From NCBI GenBank assembly GCA_964589775.1, contig CAZPUN010000004.1, forward strand, positions 1 through 32,000: DNA of 32,000 nt, read 5' to 3'. The notes under the pieces were generated by a model. It worked only from the letters and a program-made list of their open reading frames with translations. It was not told the origin of the DNA and searched no databases. The stretch comes from an uncultured archaeon (GTDB lineage: Archaea; Asgardarchaeota; Thorarchaeia; Thorarchaeales; CAZPUN01). The position numbers and the translations under genes are program-made. This document shows positions 16,895 through 25,036 of this stretch, in pieces. Within the stretch, counting starts at the first letter, position 1. Each line of letters begins with the position of its first letter.

Positions 16895-18052
16895 TCAACT
16901 ATTTGATATCTTATTTATGTGGAATTCATTGTAATTTGTGCCATAAAAAACCGTGGGTATCCTCTTATTATGTCGAAAATATTCTTTTAATATATATTGT
17001 ACGAATTCATTTACTTTTTCTTTTTGAACCAAATTAATTGTACAGCCCCCAAAACCGGCTCCACTTAATCGCGTACCATATACATAATTTTGTTTATGTG
17101 CTAATTCTACTAATATGTCTAACTCCTTTATTGAGACTTCATATAGATCTTTTGAGCTAAGGTGTGACTGATACATTAGTTCCTTTATTTTTTCTAATGC
17201 TTTATGTTCTAATGCATCTTTCATTTGAATAACGCGTTCGTTTTCTTCAATTACATGTTTTATCCGTTTAAATAATATCTGTGGAAGCATTTTTTCTAAA
17301 TCTTCTAAATCATCTATTGTTAAGTCGCGCAAAGAATCTATATTCTGCTTTCTTTTTATGATCTTGATGGCTTCTTTAATTTCTTCTCTACGGGCTCGTA
17401 ATGCATCTGCTGCTGCTCGTCGTATTCCTGTATCTACCATAATCGGTATTATTTCATTTGGAATTTTCAATAATTCATATGATTCGCTCTTGCAGTCAAT
17501 TAATAATGCTTTATTTTTTGTACCTAATGCAGAAACAAATTGATCTAATATTCCACAATTTGATTTGACAAAATTATGTTCAGCTCTATACCCTATTAGT
17601 GCAATTTCCTTTTTTATAATTGGTATGTTGAAAATCCCATAAATGCTTCCTGTAAAGGATATTTCAAGTGCTGCAGATGAGCTCATACCGGATCCAATTG
17701 GAATGTTTGATATAATATAAGCATCGAAGCCATTCAATTTGATACTTTTCTTTAATTCCAAAATTATTCCGAGTAAATAATCAGACCAATGATCTTTCGG
17801 CTTAGTTGGTATGTTATCTAAATCAAATTCAATCAACTCATTAAAATTTCTTGAGAACACTCGCATTTTTCTATTCTCATTACGTCTTGCTAAGGTAATT
17901 GTTGAGAAGGGCATAATTGTACCCATTACATACCCCTTATTGTAATCTGTATGATTTCCGATTAGTTCAGCTCTTCCTGGTGCTATTGATATTACTTCAG
18001 GTGAATTTTGAAAAATTTCTTTATATTGTTGAATAAAATTCTCTACTTGCAT
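16895..18052 (-). CDS. galK: Galactokinase-family GHMP sugar kinase
   Basis: APGRAELIGNHTDYN, IPIGSGMSSSAALE, CGILDQ and RLSGAGFGGC. ATG 18052; the ORF track starts at GTG 18061. Confidence 0.88.
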   Translation of the reverse strand: MQVENFIQQYKEIFQNSPEVISIAPGRAELIGNHTDYNKGYVMGTIMPFSTITLARRNENRKMRVFSRNFNELIEFDLDNIPTKPKDHWSDYLLGIILELKKSIKLNGFDAYIISNIPIGSGMSSSAALEISFTGSIYGIFNIPIIKKEIALIGYRAEHNFVKSNCGILDQFVSALGTKNKALLIDCKSESYELLKIPNEIIPIMVDTGIRRAAADALRARREEIKEAIKIIKRKQNIDSLRDLTIDDLEDLEKMLPQILFKRIKHVIEENERVIQMKDALEHKALEKIKELMYQSHLSSKDLYEVSIKELDILVELAHKQNYVYGTRLSGAGFGGCTINLVQKEKVNEFVQYILKEYFRHNKRIPTVFYGTNYNEFHINKISNS

Positions 18053-18085
18053 TAGGATCACAATAAAAAATATAGAAAAATGTGC

Positions 18086-18964
18086 TTATTTTATTTTATT
18101 CTCAAATTCTTCCTTGATTTTTCGGCCCGTATCGCCACCTCCCAAATCCTCCGGATGAATTTGGAAAGAATCTTTTTCCAGCATTATCGAGAATGAGAAT
18201 AATTCCGGACAATCAACTTTTATGATCCTGTTATCCCTATCAACTTGCTGATATTCTAAATATGCTAATCCTGCAGAGCTTAATACAGTATCAATTAGTG
18301 CTCCCAATTTTTCATAGATGCTTTTTGTCGTTGGTGCTTGTGGTTCTATCGGTTTAGAGACCGGTTTTACTTCCTCAACTGTTTCAATTGCTTCTTGTTC
18401 TCGTTTTACTACTTCACTTGGTTTCACCATTTCTTCATAAGGTTCAGGTTCTTTGGGTTTCTCTTCTTCTTTTTGTTCTTTTACTATAGAACTTGGTTTG
18501 ACAATTCTTTCATAATCTTCAACTTGGACTTGGGCTGATTGATCAAACTCGATCGCAGATCTTTTACCTTTGGCACCTTCTGTGTCTTCATCTATTACAG
18601 CTATTAGGTCATCTTTTAGTTTATATTTTTGCTGGAGTGCATTGTTAAACGCTTCCATGTTTGCATGTGTTTCCTCGTCATCCATTCGCTCGTCTATTTC
18701 AACTAATCGTTTTAATCCAACGCATACATTTCCTCCCTTCATCGGATATCCAAGTCTCTTTAATGAGCGTGCTAATCTTAGTGTTGTTCTTCGATTTACC
18801 ATGCCTGCATCTTTACCAAGCCAGACCCAGCATGTATCGTTTACCTCATCAAGTACTATTACACATCGGTCGCTAGTGATAAAATTAGGATCAAACTTTA
18901 CAGGGTGTGTGCTTCCCGAATCCGAGTGAAGCATCAACATATATAATGGAAAATGTCGTCGCAT
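18086..18964 (-). CDS. Gelsolin-domain protein (single gelsolin domain + charged linker + unknown C-terminal domain; 1DGelX-like)
   Basis: ITSDRCVIVLDEVNDTCWVWLGKDAGMVNRRTTLRLARSLK matches the gelsolin core (S.D..ILD....(Y/W)xWxG... + long helix). AGGTGA RBS before ATG 18964. Confidence 0.8.
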   Translation of the reverse strand: MRRHFPLYMLMLHSDSGSTHPVKFDPNFITSDRCVIVLDEVNDTCWVWLGKDAGMVNRRTTLRLARSLKRLGYPMKGGNVCVGLKRLVEIDERMDDEETHANMEAFNNALQQKYKLKDDLIAVIDEDTEGAKGKRSAIEFDQSAQVQVEDYERIVKPSSIVKEQKEEEKPKEPEPYEEMVKPSEVVKREQEAIETVEEVKPVSKPIEPQAPTTKSIYEKLGALIDTVLSSAGLAYLEYQQVDRDNRIIKVDCPELFSFSIMLEKDSFQIHPEDLGGGDTGRKIKEEFENKIK

Positions 18965-19123
18965 TTTTTTCACCTTTTTAAATTTGTTATCCCAATATCT
19001 TTATTGGTTAAACATAGTAAAGAGTTTTTTCTATAATCTCAATCTTTAAATTATAATAACGATAATGTTTAGTTACATAATAGGTTCCTTTTAAAATAAT
19101 CTTTAATGGCTTGGTGAATTTGG

Positions 19124-22100
19124 TTGATTAGGCTTTATAATAATACAAAAGAGGATGCTGAAAAATTAGCTGAATGTTTTAATAGTTTTGATGATTCTGA
19201 TTCATGGCCTGGTTCTTTTACAAGTGGTATTAAGTTTACTGCAGAACGTGTAATGCAAAAACATAATGAACATAAATATTTGGCTGTATATGTTGCTGAG
19301 ATGGATGATAAAATTGTGGGTTATTGTTCGGTAGATTATTCACGTGGAGATCCTGAGGCATATTATGTTGCATTATTAGGTGTTTCTCCTGCTTATCAAG
19401 GACGTGGTCTTGGGAAAGCTCTTCTAAGAAAGGCTGTTGATAGTGCTATTGAAGCTGGAGCAAAAAGAATTGATTTACATACATGGGGCGGAAATATTAA
19501 AGCAATGCCTCTTTACAAGCGTGTAGGATACAATTGGGTTCCAAATACTGATGTTTTAATGGAAAATTACATTCCTGCAATTGTAAATAATCCGTTTCTT
19601 GCGAAGTTCTTTAAGAAGCATGATTGGTATGAATCCTTGAAGCGTGAAATCAAACAAGAAGAAGATATCTTCTTTGAAGATGGAATTATGGTCTTCAAGT
19701 ACCATTTTGAAGGTGGCGATGATACTTTAGATGTCTTAATTGATCGCTATTCGAAATCAATTATTGCATTTGACATGTACCTTGATGGTAAGCATTTTAC
19801 AGCGCGAATCAAAATGGAAAGGCAGAAAGCATATATTGGTGCAGGATATGTTGAAGGCGTTGTTGAATTAAAGGGCTTCGAAAAGCCAGAACCATTTGTG
19901 AGTTTAAAACTTGGCAAGTTCGTTAAACTTGTCGCACAAACTTTTGGTATTTATGAAAATAATGTTGCCATGTTAAAATTTGCTATTGCCATAAAATCTT
20001 CTGCTAGTGCTTTTGATACTGTACAAATTCCTGATGAAAAAGTGGAGTCAACAGTTAAAGCTGGAATCCTGTTTGGTGATATTAAATTTACATTAGAGTG
20101 TGGGATAATTCCGATTTATGTTTATTCTCTCAATACTGTTGAAAATTTCAAAATAGTTCAAAATAAAACCTCTGAGGAAGTCTCTCTCTATATTACCAAC
20201 AATACTGATTTTCCAATTGATGGAGTGTTATCTCTAAGAAGTTCTGATGCGCAAATCTCCCCCAATGAGATAAAAGTTAAATTAAATGCCGGAGAATCTT
20301 TGGAAATTCCTGTCGAGATAAATTGCAATAAACGGAACTTAGCAATTGAAATTCTTAATGACTTCCATGGGGCAGTAGGCGATAAAATTCTCTCAGTCGT
20401 TGGGGACTCCGTGTTTATTCCAGTTATTGGTTCAGTTGGTGTTTATGGTTATCAAACCAAAGAAGCGTTTGTAATCGGTAATGAGTCTTTTAGAATCCAA
20501 TTCTTAAATCGCATTCCCTATGATTTCATAAAAATGAGTTTGAGAAATGTTGTTGATTTCATATATTATGGACTCAATGATGATATTGGTCCGCCATTTG
20601 CTGGAGAGTCAAGTGAGTTTTCCCAAAAGGAATATAATGTTAAAATTCTAGTTGATGGGCTTCGCGCAAAAATAATATTTTCCGCAAAATCTGATACTTA
20701 CAATGTAACCCTCCATAGAATTGTTGAAGTTGAAGCTGGAGTTTCCGGTTTTAAACTATGGCATGAATTCGAAGGTGAAGTGGCAAAATTAGAAAACAAG
20801 GAAACTCTTACCGGTGCTTGGAATAGTAGTTTTAATTTTACAAAACCTGTTTTTATTTCTAAAGATGGATTAGTGCATTTCGTAAACCTTGATGGTGGCG
20901 AAGATACATCTAGTAAGCCTGAAGATTATAAGGAATCTTGGATCGCATGTGAGATACCTAAATATAATCTAGTAACAGGAATAATATGGATTCACAATAG
21001 TATTTCTACTATTAGATTAAATTATGATGGCATTTCGCGATTACGAAATAAAATCGAGATTGTTGATAGTTCTCATGCACGTACCAAACCATTTTGGTAC
21101 ATTCTAGACAAGTCTGATTGGAGCAGAATACATGAACTTTATCATCAATTAGTATCAAATGAATGTTATTTGAGCAATTCAAAACAATTTATTAATTTAT
21201 CAATAACTAACACATCTAAAATCTCAGATCTATTCGCTTTGCTAGACCCGGATTCAAAGACCCTAACAATGCACGCAGAATCTTTGCGTGTTAGAAAGCT
21301 TGATACTACCATTAAGGTGGACATTCCAAACATATCCTTGCGCGAAAATTCGCAAGTGCTTCATGATTTATCAATAGACAAAGCACAAGATGCAGTATTC
21401 AAAATTAAGGCAATTTCTCCTGGAATTCATTTTGGCTCTATTGGTGTATATTCCGATTCAATAAATACGATATTTCCTCTTTCAATTGCTGTGTATGGAA
21501 AATCTGAGATTACACAAGATGTTAGTGTTTCAAATGGTATGCAAGTATATCATTTAAACAACGGGAATCTTGATATTAGGTTATCTCCAGATTATGGTAT
21601 GACGCTATTCTCCATGAAATTAGGAAATACTGAATATTTGTTCAACAGATTCCCCGAGATAAAGCCATATTGTTATGATGCATTCTATTTTGGTGGTCTC
21701 CGACCATATGTACATCCTCCCGTATGGCATTGGAAAAAACTTTATCTTGAACATGCAACAGCATCATGGATCTCAGATGGCCCCTGGAAGGGCATTGAAA
21801 TTTCTAGCACATTTGAAAAAATGCCTATGTTGTCTGGATTAAAAATGTCCATTCGATATTGGATTGTTCCTGAATTGCCTATTTTAAAAGTTGACATAGA
21901 ATTTACAAATCCGCATGCTCGTCCATTGGCATTCTTAGGTGGTCTTAGAATGCATACTGCTGTCATGGGTGAGGTTCATAATGTATATCATGCGCGTTTA
22001 TTCGGGCGACCAATCAATAGATTTTCAGCAATAGGTTCACTTTTTGAATCTACTGAAGAAGAGTGGATTGCAATATCTGGTAAGCAGCACAAACATTATA

Positions 22101-22306
22101 TTGGTATGGTCAATTTATCTAATAATGCTCATTTGAGCATGATGGACATGGGTGATTTAGGACAAGAAACCATACTAACAAGTAACATCTACTTGAAGCC
22201 TAATGAAAGTTGTAAAATCTCGGCAATAACTGTAATTGCAGATGGTGTTCAAATATTTAGAAATATTTGGCAATCATTAAAGAAAGTTTACATTGATAGT
22301 TTCTAA
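19124..22306 (+). CDS. Large GNAT acetyltransferase fusion protein (N-terminal GNAT + ~900 aa of beta-rich domains)
   Basis: Acetyl-CoA motif A LGVSPAYQGRGLGKALL, then DLHTWGGNIKAMPLYKRVGY. Later an Ig-like segment (VSLYITNNTD...LNAGESLEIPVEI) and an epimerase-like start (LNNGNLDIRLSPDYG). GGTGA RBS. Confidence 0.85.
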   Translation: MIRLYNNTKEDAEKLAECFNSFDDSDSWPGSFTSGIKFTAERVMQKHNEHKYLAVYVAEMDDKIVGYCSVDYSRGDPEAYYVALLGVSPAYQGRGLGKALLRKAVDSAIEAGAKRIDLHTWGGNIKAMPLYKRVGYNWVPNTDVLMENYIPAIVNNPFLAKFFKKHDWYESLKREIKQEEDIFFEDGIMVFKYHFEGGDDTLDVLIDRYSKSIIAFDMYLDGKHFTARIKMERQKAYIGAGYVEGVVELKGFEKPEPFVSLKLGKFVKLVAQTFGIYENNVAMLKFAIAIKSSASAFDTVQIPDEKVESTVKAGILFGDIKFTLECGIIPIYVYSLNTVENFKIVQNKTSEEVSLYITNNTDFPIDGVLSLRSSDAQISPNEIKVKLNAGESLEIPVEINCNKRNLAIEILNDFHGAVGDKILSVVGDSVFIPVIGSVGVYGYQTKEAFVIGNESFRIQFLNRIPYDFIKMSLRNVVDFIYYGLNDDIGPPFAGESSEFSQKEYNVKILVDGLRAKIIFSAKSDTYNVTLHRIVEVEAGVSGFKLWHEFEGEVAKLENKETLTGAWNSSFNFTKPVFISKDGLVHFVNLDGGEDTSSKPEDYKESWIACEIPKYNLVTGIIWIHNSISTIRLNYDGISRLRNKIEIVDSSHARTKPFWYILDKSDWSRIHELYHQLVSNECYLSNSKQFINLSITNTSKISDLFALLDPDSKTLTMHAESLRVRKLDTTIKVDIPNISLRENSQVLHDLSIDKAQDAVFKIKAISPGIHFGSIGVYSDSINTIFPLSIAVYGKSEITQDVSVSNGMQVYHLNNGNLDIRLSPDYGMTLFSMKLGNTEYLFNRFPEIKPYCYDAFYFGGLRPYVHPPVWHWKKLYLEHATASWISDGPWKGIEISSTFEKMPMLSGLKMSIRYWIVPELPILKVDIEFTNPHARPLAFLGGLRMHTAVMGEVHNVYHARLFGRPINRFSAIGSLFESTEEEWIAISGKQHKHYIGMVNLSNNAHLSMMDMGDLGQETILTSNIYLKPNESCKISAITVIADGVQIFRNIWQSLKKVYIDSF

Positions 22307-22386
22307 AAAGTCCTAAATAAACAATTATAAAAATGAAAATTTACGTAATCAATATAGAATAAACAATTGATAATTGAGTGATTATT

Positions 22387-23043
22387 ATGCCAATACAGAT
22401 GGATGATGAAACCAAAGCACAAGTTAAAGCAATCTTTGATAAATTAGTAAATGATGTAAAATTAATTGTATTTGTAACTGAAGATCCTTCGTGCCAATTC
22501 TGTAATGAAACAGCTGAATTGATTGAGTTAGTCTCTAGTATGTCTGACAAGATTAGCTTTGAAAAGCATGTCTGTCAATCTGCAGATTGTGAAGAAGCTA
22601 AGAAATATAAGGTAGACAAATTCCCTGCAATTATTCTACATGGTGCAAAGCCATATAACATTAGATACTTTGGTATTCCTTCGGGTCATGAATTCGGAGC
22701 ATTAATTGAAGATATCGTACATGCTTCGACTGGACAGCCAGATCTCTCACAAGAAGCAATCGATGAGATCAGTAAAATCGATAAGGAACTGCACTTACAA
22801 GTATTTATTACACCTACCTGTCCGTATTGTCCAATTTCGGTACATATGGCACACCAGGCAGCAATGGTTAATGACAAAATTACTGCAGATATGGTTGAAG
22901 CAATGGAGTTCCCAGACCTCGCAAGAAAATATAATGTATATGGAGTTCCTAAGACTGTTATCAACGACAAGGTCGAATTTGAAGGCGCTGTACCTGAACA
23001 ATATTTCTTACAAATGCTACTCAAAGCAGCTAATGAATCTTAA
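22387..23043 (+). CDS. Protein disulfide oxidoreductase (PDO; two thioredoxin folds, AhpF N-terminal-like)
   Basis: CQFC and CPYC active sites, RYFGIPSGHEF, VYGVPKTVIN, FEGAVPE. Confidence 0.93.
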   Translation: MPIQMDDETKAQVKAIFDKLVNDVKLIVFVTEDPSCQFCNETAELIELVSSMSDKISFEKHVCQSADCEEAKKYKVDKFPAIILHGAKPYNIRYFGIPSGHEFGALIEDIVHASTGQPDLSQEAIDEISKIDKELHLQVFITPTCPYCPISVHMAHQAAMVNDKITADMVEAMEFPDLARKYNVYGVPKTVINDKVEFEGAVPEQYFLQMLLKAANES

Positions 23044-23046
23044 AAT

Positions 23047-23078
23047 AAAAATTGTGGGGGTCTTTTCCCCCTAATTTT
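23047..23078. terminator. Bidirectional terminator-like hairpin between convergent PDO and GNAT genes
   Basis: AAAATT..GGGGG-TCTTTT-CCCCC.AATTTT. Confidence 0.55.
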
Positions 23079-23571
23079 CTATACCTCTGAAATAAACAAT
23101 ACTTAATTTTGCAAATCCTAATTTATTCAAGAATTCCTTGTATTCATCATGATCTGCTGGAGCTTCAATTTCTATTCTTGAAACATTGTTTTCTTTAAAC
23201 CAGTCTGTACATTGAATGAATAATGAAAGTCCAACATGTTGTCTTCTAAAGTCTTTATGAACAAAAATTTCTATAATTTCACCTATTTTTACACTTTCTC
23301 CAAAATGTGGGTCATTTCTGATGCATGCTCTTAGATAGCCTACAATCTTTCCTTTGTGTTCAGGCGAAACTGCTACAAGATATAATTTATTATTATCTTC
23401 TGATTTTAATTCCTCTGTATGTAACTTTTTTATGCTTGATTTCTCATTTCGATTTAGCTTAATTCGTCCATGAATTGATAGCCAATCTTCTATGTTTTCC
23501 ATGAATAGGTCTGTCAATTGCTTAATATCGTTTTGCGTTGCTGGTCTGACTTCAACAACCATTATATCCAC
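23071..23571 (-). CDS. GNAT-family N-acetyltransferase
   Basis: VRPATQND, GKIVGY, EIFVHKDFRRQHVGLSL, FLNKLGF. Confidence 0.9.
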   Translation of the reverse strand: MDIMVVEVRPATQNDIKQLTDLFMENIEDWLSIHGRIKLNRNEKSSIKKLHTEELKSEDNNKLYLVAVSPEHKGKIVGYLRACIRNDPHFGESVKIGEIIEIFVHKDFRRQHVGLSLFIQCTDWFKENNVSRIEIEAPADHDEYKEFLNKLGFAKLSIVYFRGIEN

Positions 23572-23607
23572 CAGTTATCTAATATTATTATATCTGAGAT
23601 AAAACAT

Positions 23608-24897
23608 TTATCTTTTTGATAGTGCTTGAAATCGCTTTTTAGCTCGTTTCTCTCGAGTTTTACATTCTCTTTCTTTTACTATGTTGTCCTGTTGTGCAAA
23701 AATAATTGACGCAATATGCCATGTTCGAGCGGCTTCTTCCCATTTCTTTAATTTCTCACATGCGATAGCTCTGTTATAAATTGCTAAAGCTAAATTAGGA
23801 TCATACTTAATCGCATTATCGAAACATTCTATTGCGCTTTCGTATTTTTGTAATTTCATATATATTAAGCCTTTATTGAACCAAATGTTTGCACTTTTTG
23901 GAGAGATTGCTAGTGCAGTATTTAATGATTCAAGTGCGCGTTCAAAATCACCTAACATTTGGAATGATTTACTGAGTTCTACCCAAAACTTTGTAACTTC
24001 CGGTCTTAATTTTGTACTCATTTCAAACGCACGTTTCGCCTCATCAAACTGTTTTAATTTAAAGTGACATACGCCTTTTTCATACCATGCATCAATATTA
24101 TCAACTTGATTTGAAATTGCTTCAGCATAACATTTTATTGCTTCTTCATATTCCTTTATGTCCATGAAAACTCTAGCTTTCTCTATCCATGCTTCAGCTG
24201 ATTTCGGATTGTTTTTTAAAGCATCCTCAATACATTCTAAGGCAGCTTCAAACTTACCAATCTCGTGCAGTTGTCTGCATTTTTCAATTAAAGCTTGTAG
24301 GAATTGTGGATGCATTTTCCAAGCTTCTTCGAAGCATTTCATCGCCATATCATAATATCCATTATCTCGTAAAACCTGACCTTTACCAATTAATGCAACA
24401 GGATCTGATGGATCTAATTTCAAAGCTTCTTCGAATTCCTTTGTTGCCTCTGCCCTTTTTCCCATGCTTAATAATATATGTCCTTTTTCAGCATGAGCAC
24501 ATACTTGATTTGGGTTTAGTAATAATGCACTGTTAAATGACTCCATAGCTTCATCTAGCATGTTTAACTTGGCATAACATCTTCCCATCTGTATCCATGC
24601 AGAAATAAAATCTGGTTTTATTCCTAGTGCAAGTTCATAAACTTGAATAGCTTTTCCATAATTTCGGTCTCCATAATAAAAATTTCCTAATTTTAAAAAT
24701 AGGTCTGCTGCATCTGGATTCTTCTTCAATTTTTCATATGATATGATTAATTCTTCGGCTAGATCATTTATTTTTCTTAGATCGCTCTCAGGTATGTATG
24801 ACAATTGAACTCCTTGATATGATGCCAATTTTGGAATATGGTGTTTATCAAGTAATTCATCCAATTTATCCATTATTTCGTCTATATTCATCCCCAT
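23608..24897 (-). CDS. Tetratricopeptide-repeat protein (~10 TPRs)
   Basis: 34-aa periodic A(W/H)xxKG...EA..(C/E)F..AL...P repeats from about aa 62 to 400. Confidence 0.93.
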   Translation of the reverse strand: MGMNIDEIMDKLDELLDKHHIPKLASYQGVQLSYIPESDLRKINDLAEELIISYEKLKKNPDAADLFLKLGNFYYGDRNYGKAIQVYELALGIKPDFISAWIQMGRCYAKLNMLDEAMESFNSALLLNPNQVCAHAEKGHILLSMGKRAEATKEFEEALKLDPSDPVALIGKGQVLRDNGYYDMAMKCFEEAWKMHPQFLQALIEKCRQLHEIGKFEAALECIEDALKNNPKSAEAWIEKARVFMDIKEYEEAIKCYAEAISNQVDNIDAWYEKGVCHFKLKQFDEAKRAFEMSTKLRPEVTKFWVELSKSFQMLGDFERALESLNTALAISPKSANIWFNKGLIYMKLQKYESAIECFDNAIKYDPNLALAIYNRAIACEKLKKWEEAARTWHIASIIFAQQDNIVKERECKTREKRAKKRFQALSKR

Positions 24898-24950
24898 TCC
24901 TGCCAGTATTTCTTATCTATATTTTTAATTATTTTCATACCTAAAAAATT

Positions 24951-25029
24951 ATGCGATTTGATAGCATATAGCTACCAAATCTTAGCGTCTCTCTGTGATA
25001 AATTGCAGAGATTTCGTCGTATGGGGCAT
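24951..25029. other. Structured intergenic element (two hairpins closed by an ATGC/GCAT helix)
   Basis: GATTTG-a-TAGC-atata-GCTA-c-CAAATC (24955-24981) and TCTCTG-N10-CAGAGA (24990-25011), enclosed by ATGC (24951) and GCAT (25026-25029). Confidence 0.4.
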
Positions 25030-25036
25030 CATAAAA

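Noticed and set aside
24985-25035. Hammerhead ribozyme, C/D-box or SECIS reading of ATGATG...CGAAA
   Set aside because: No CTGATGA core or UH cleavage site, no CTGA D box and no kink-turn pairing.
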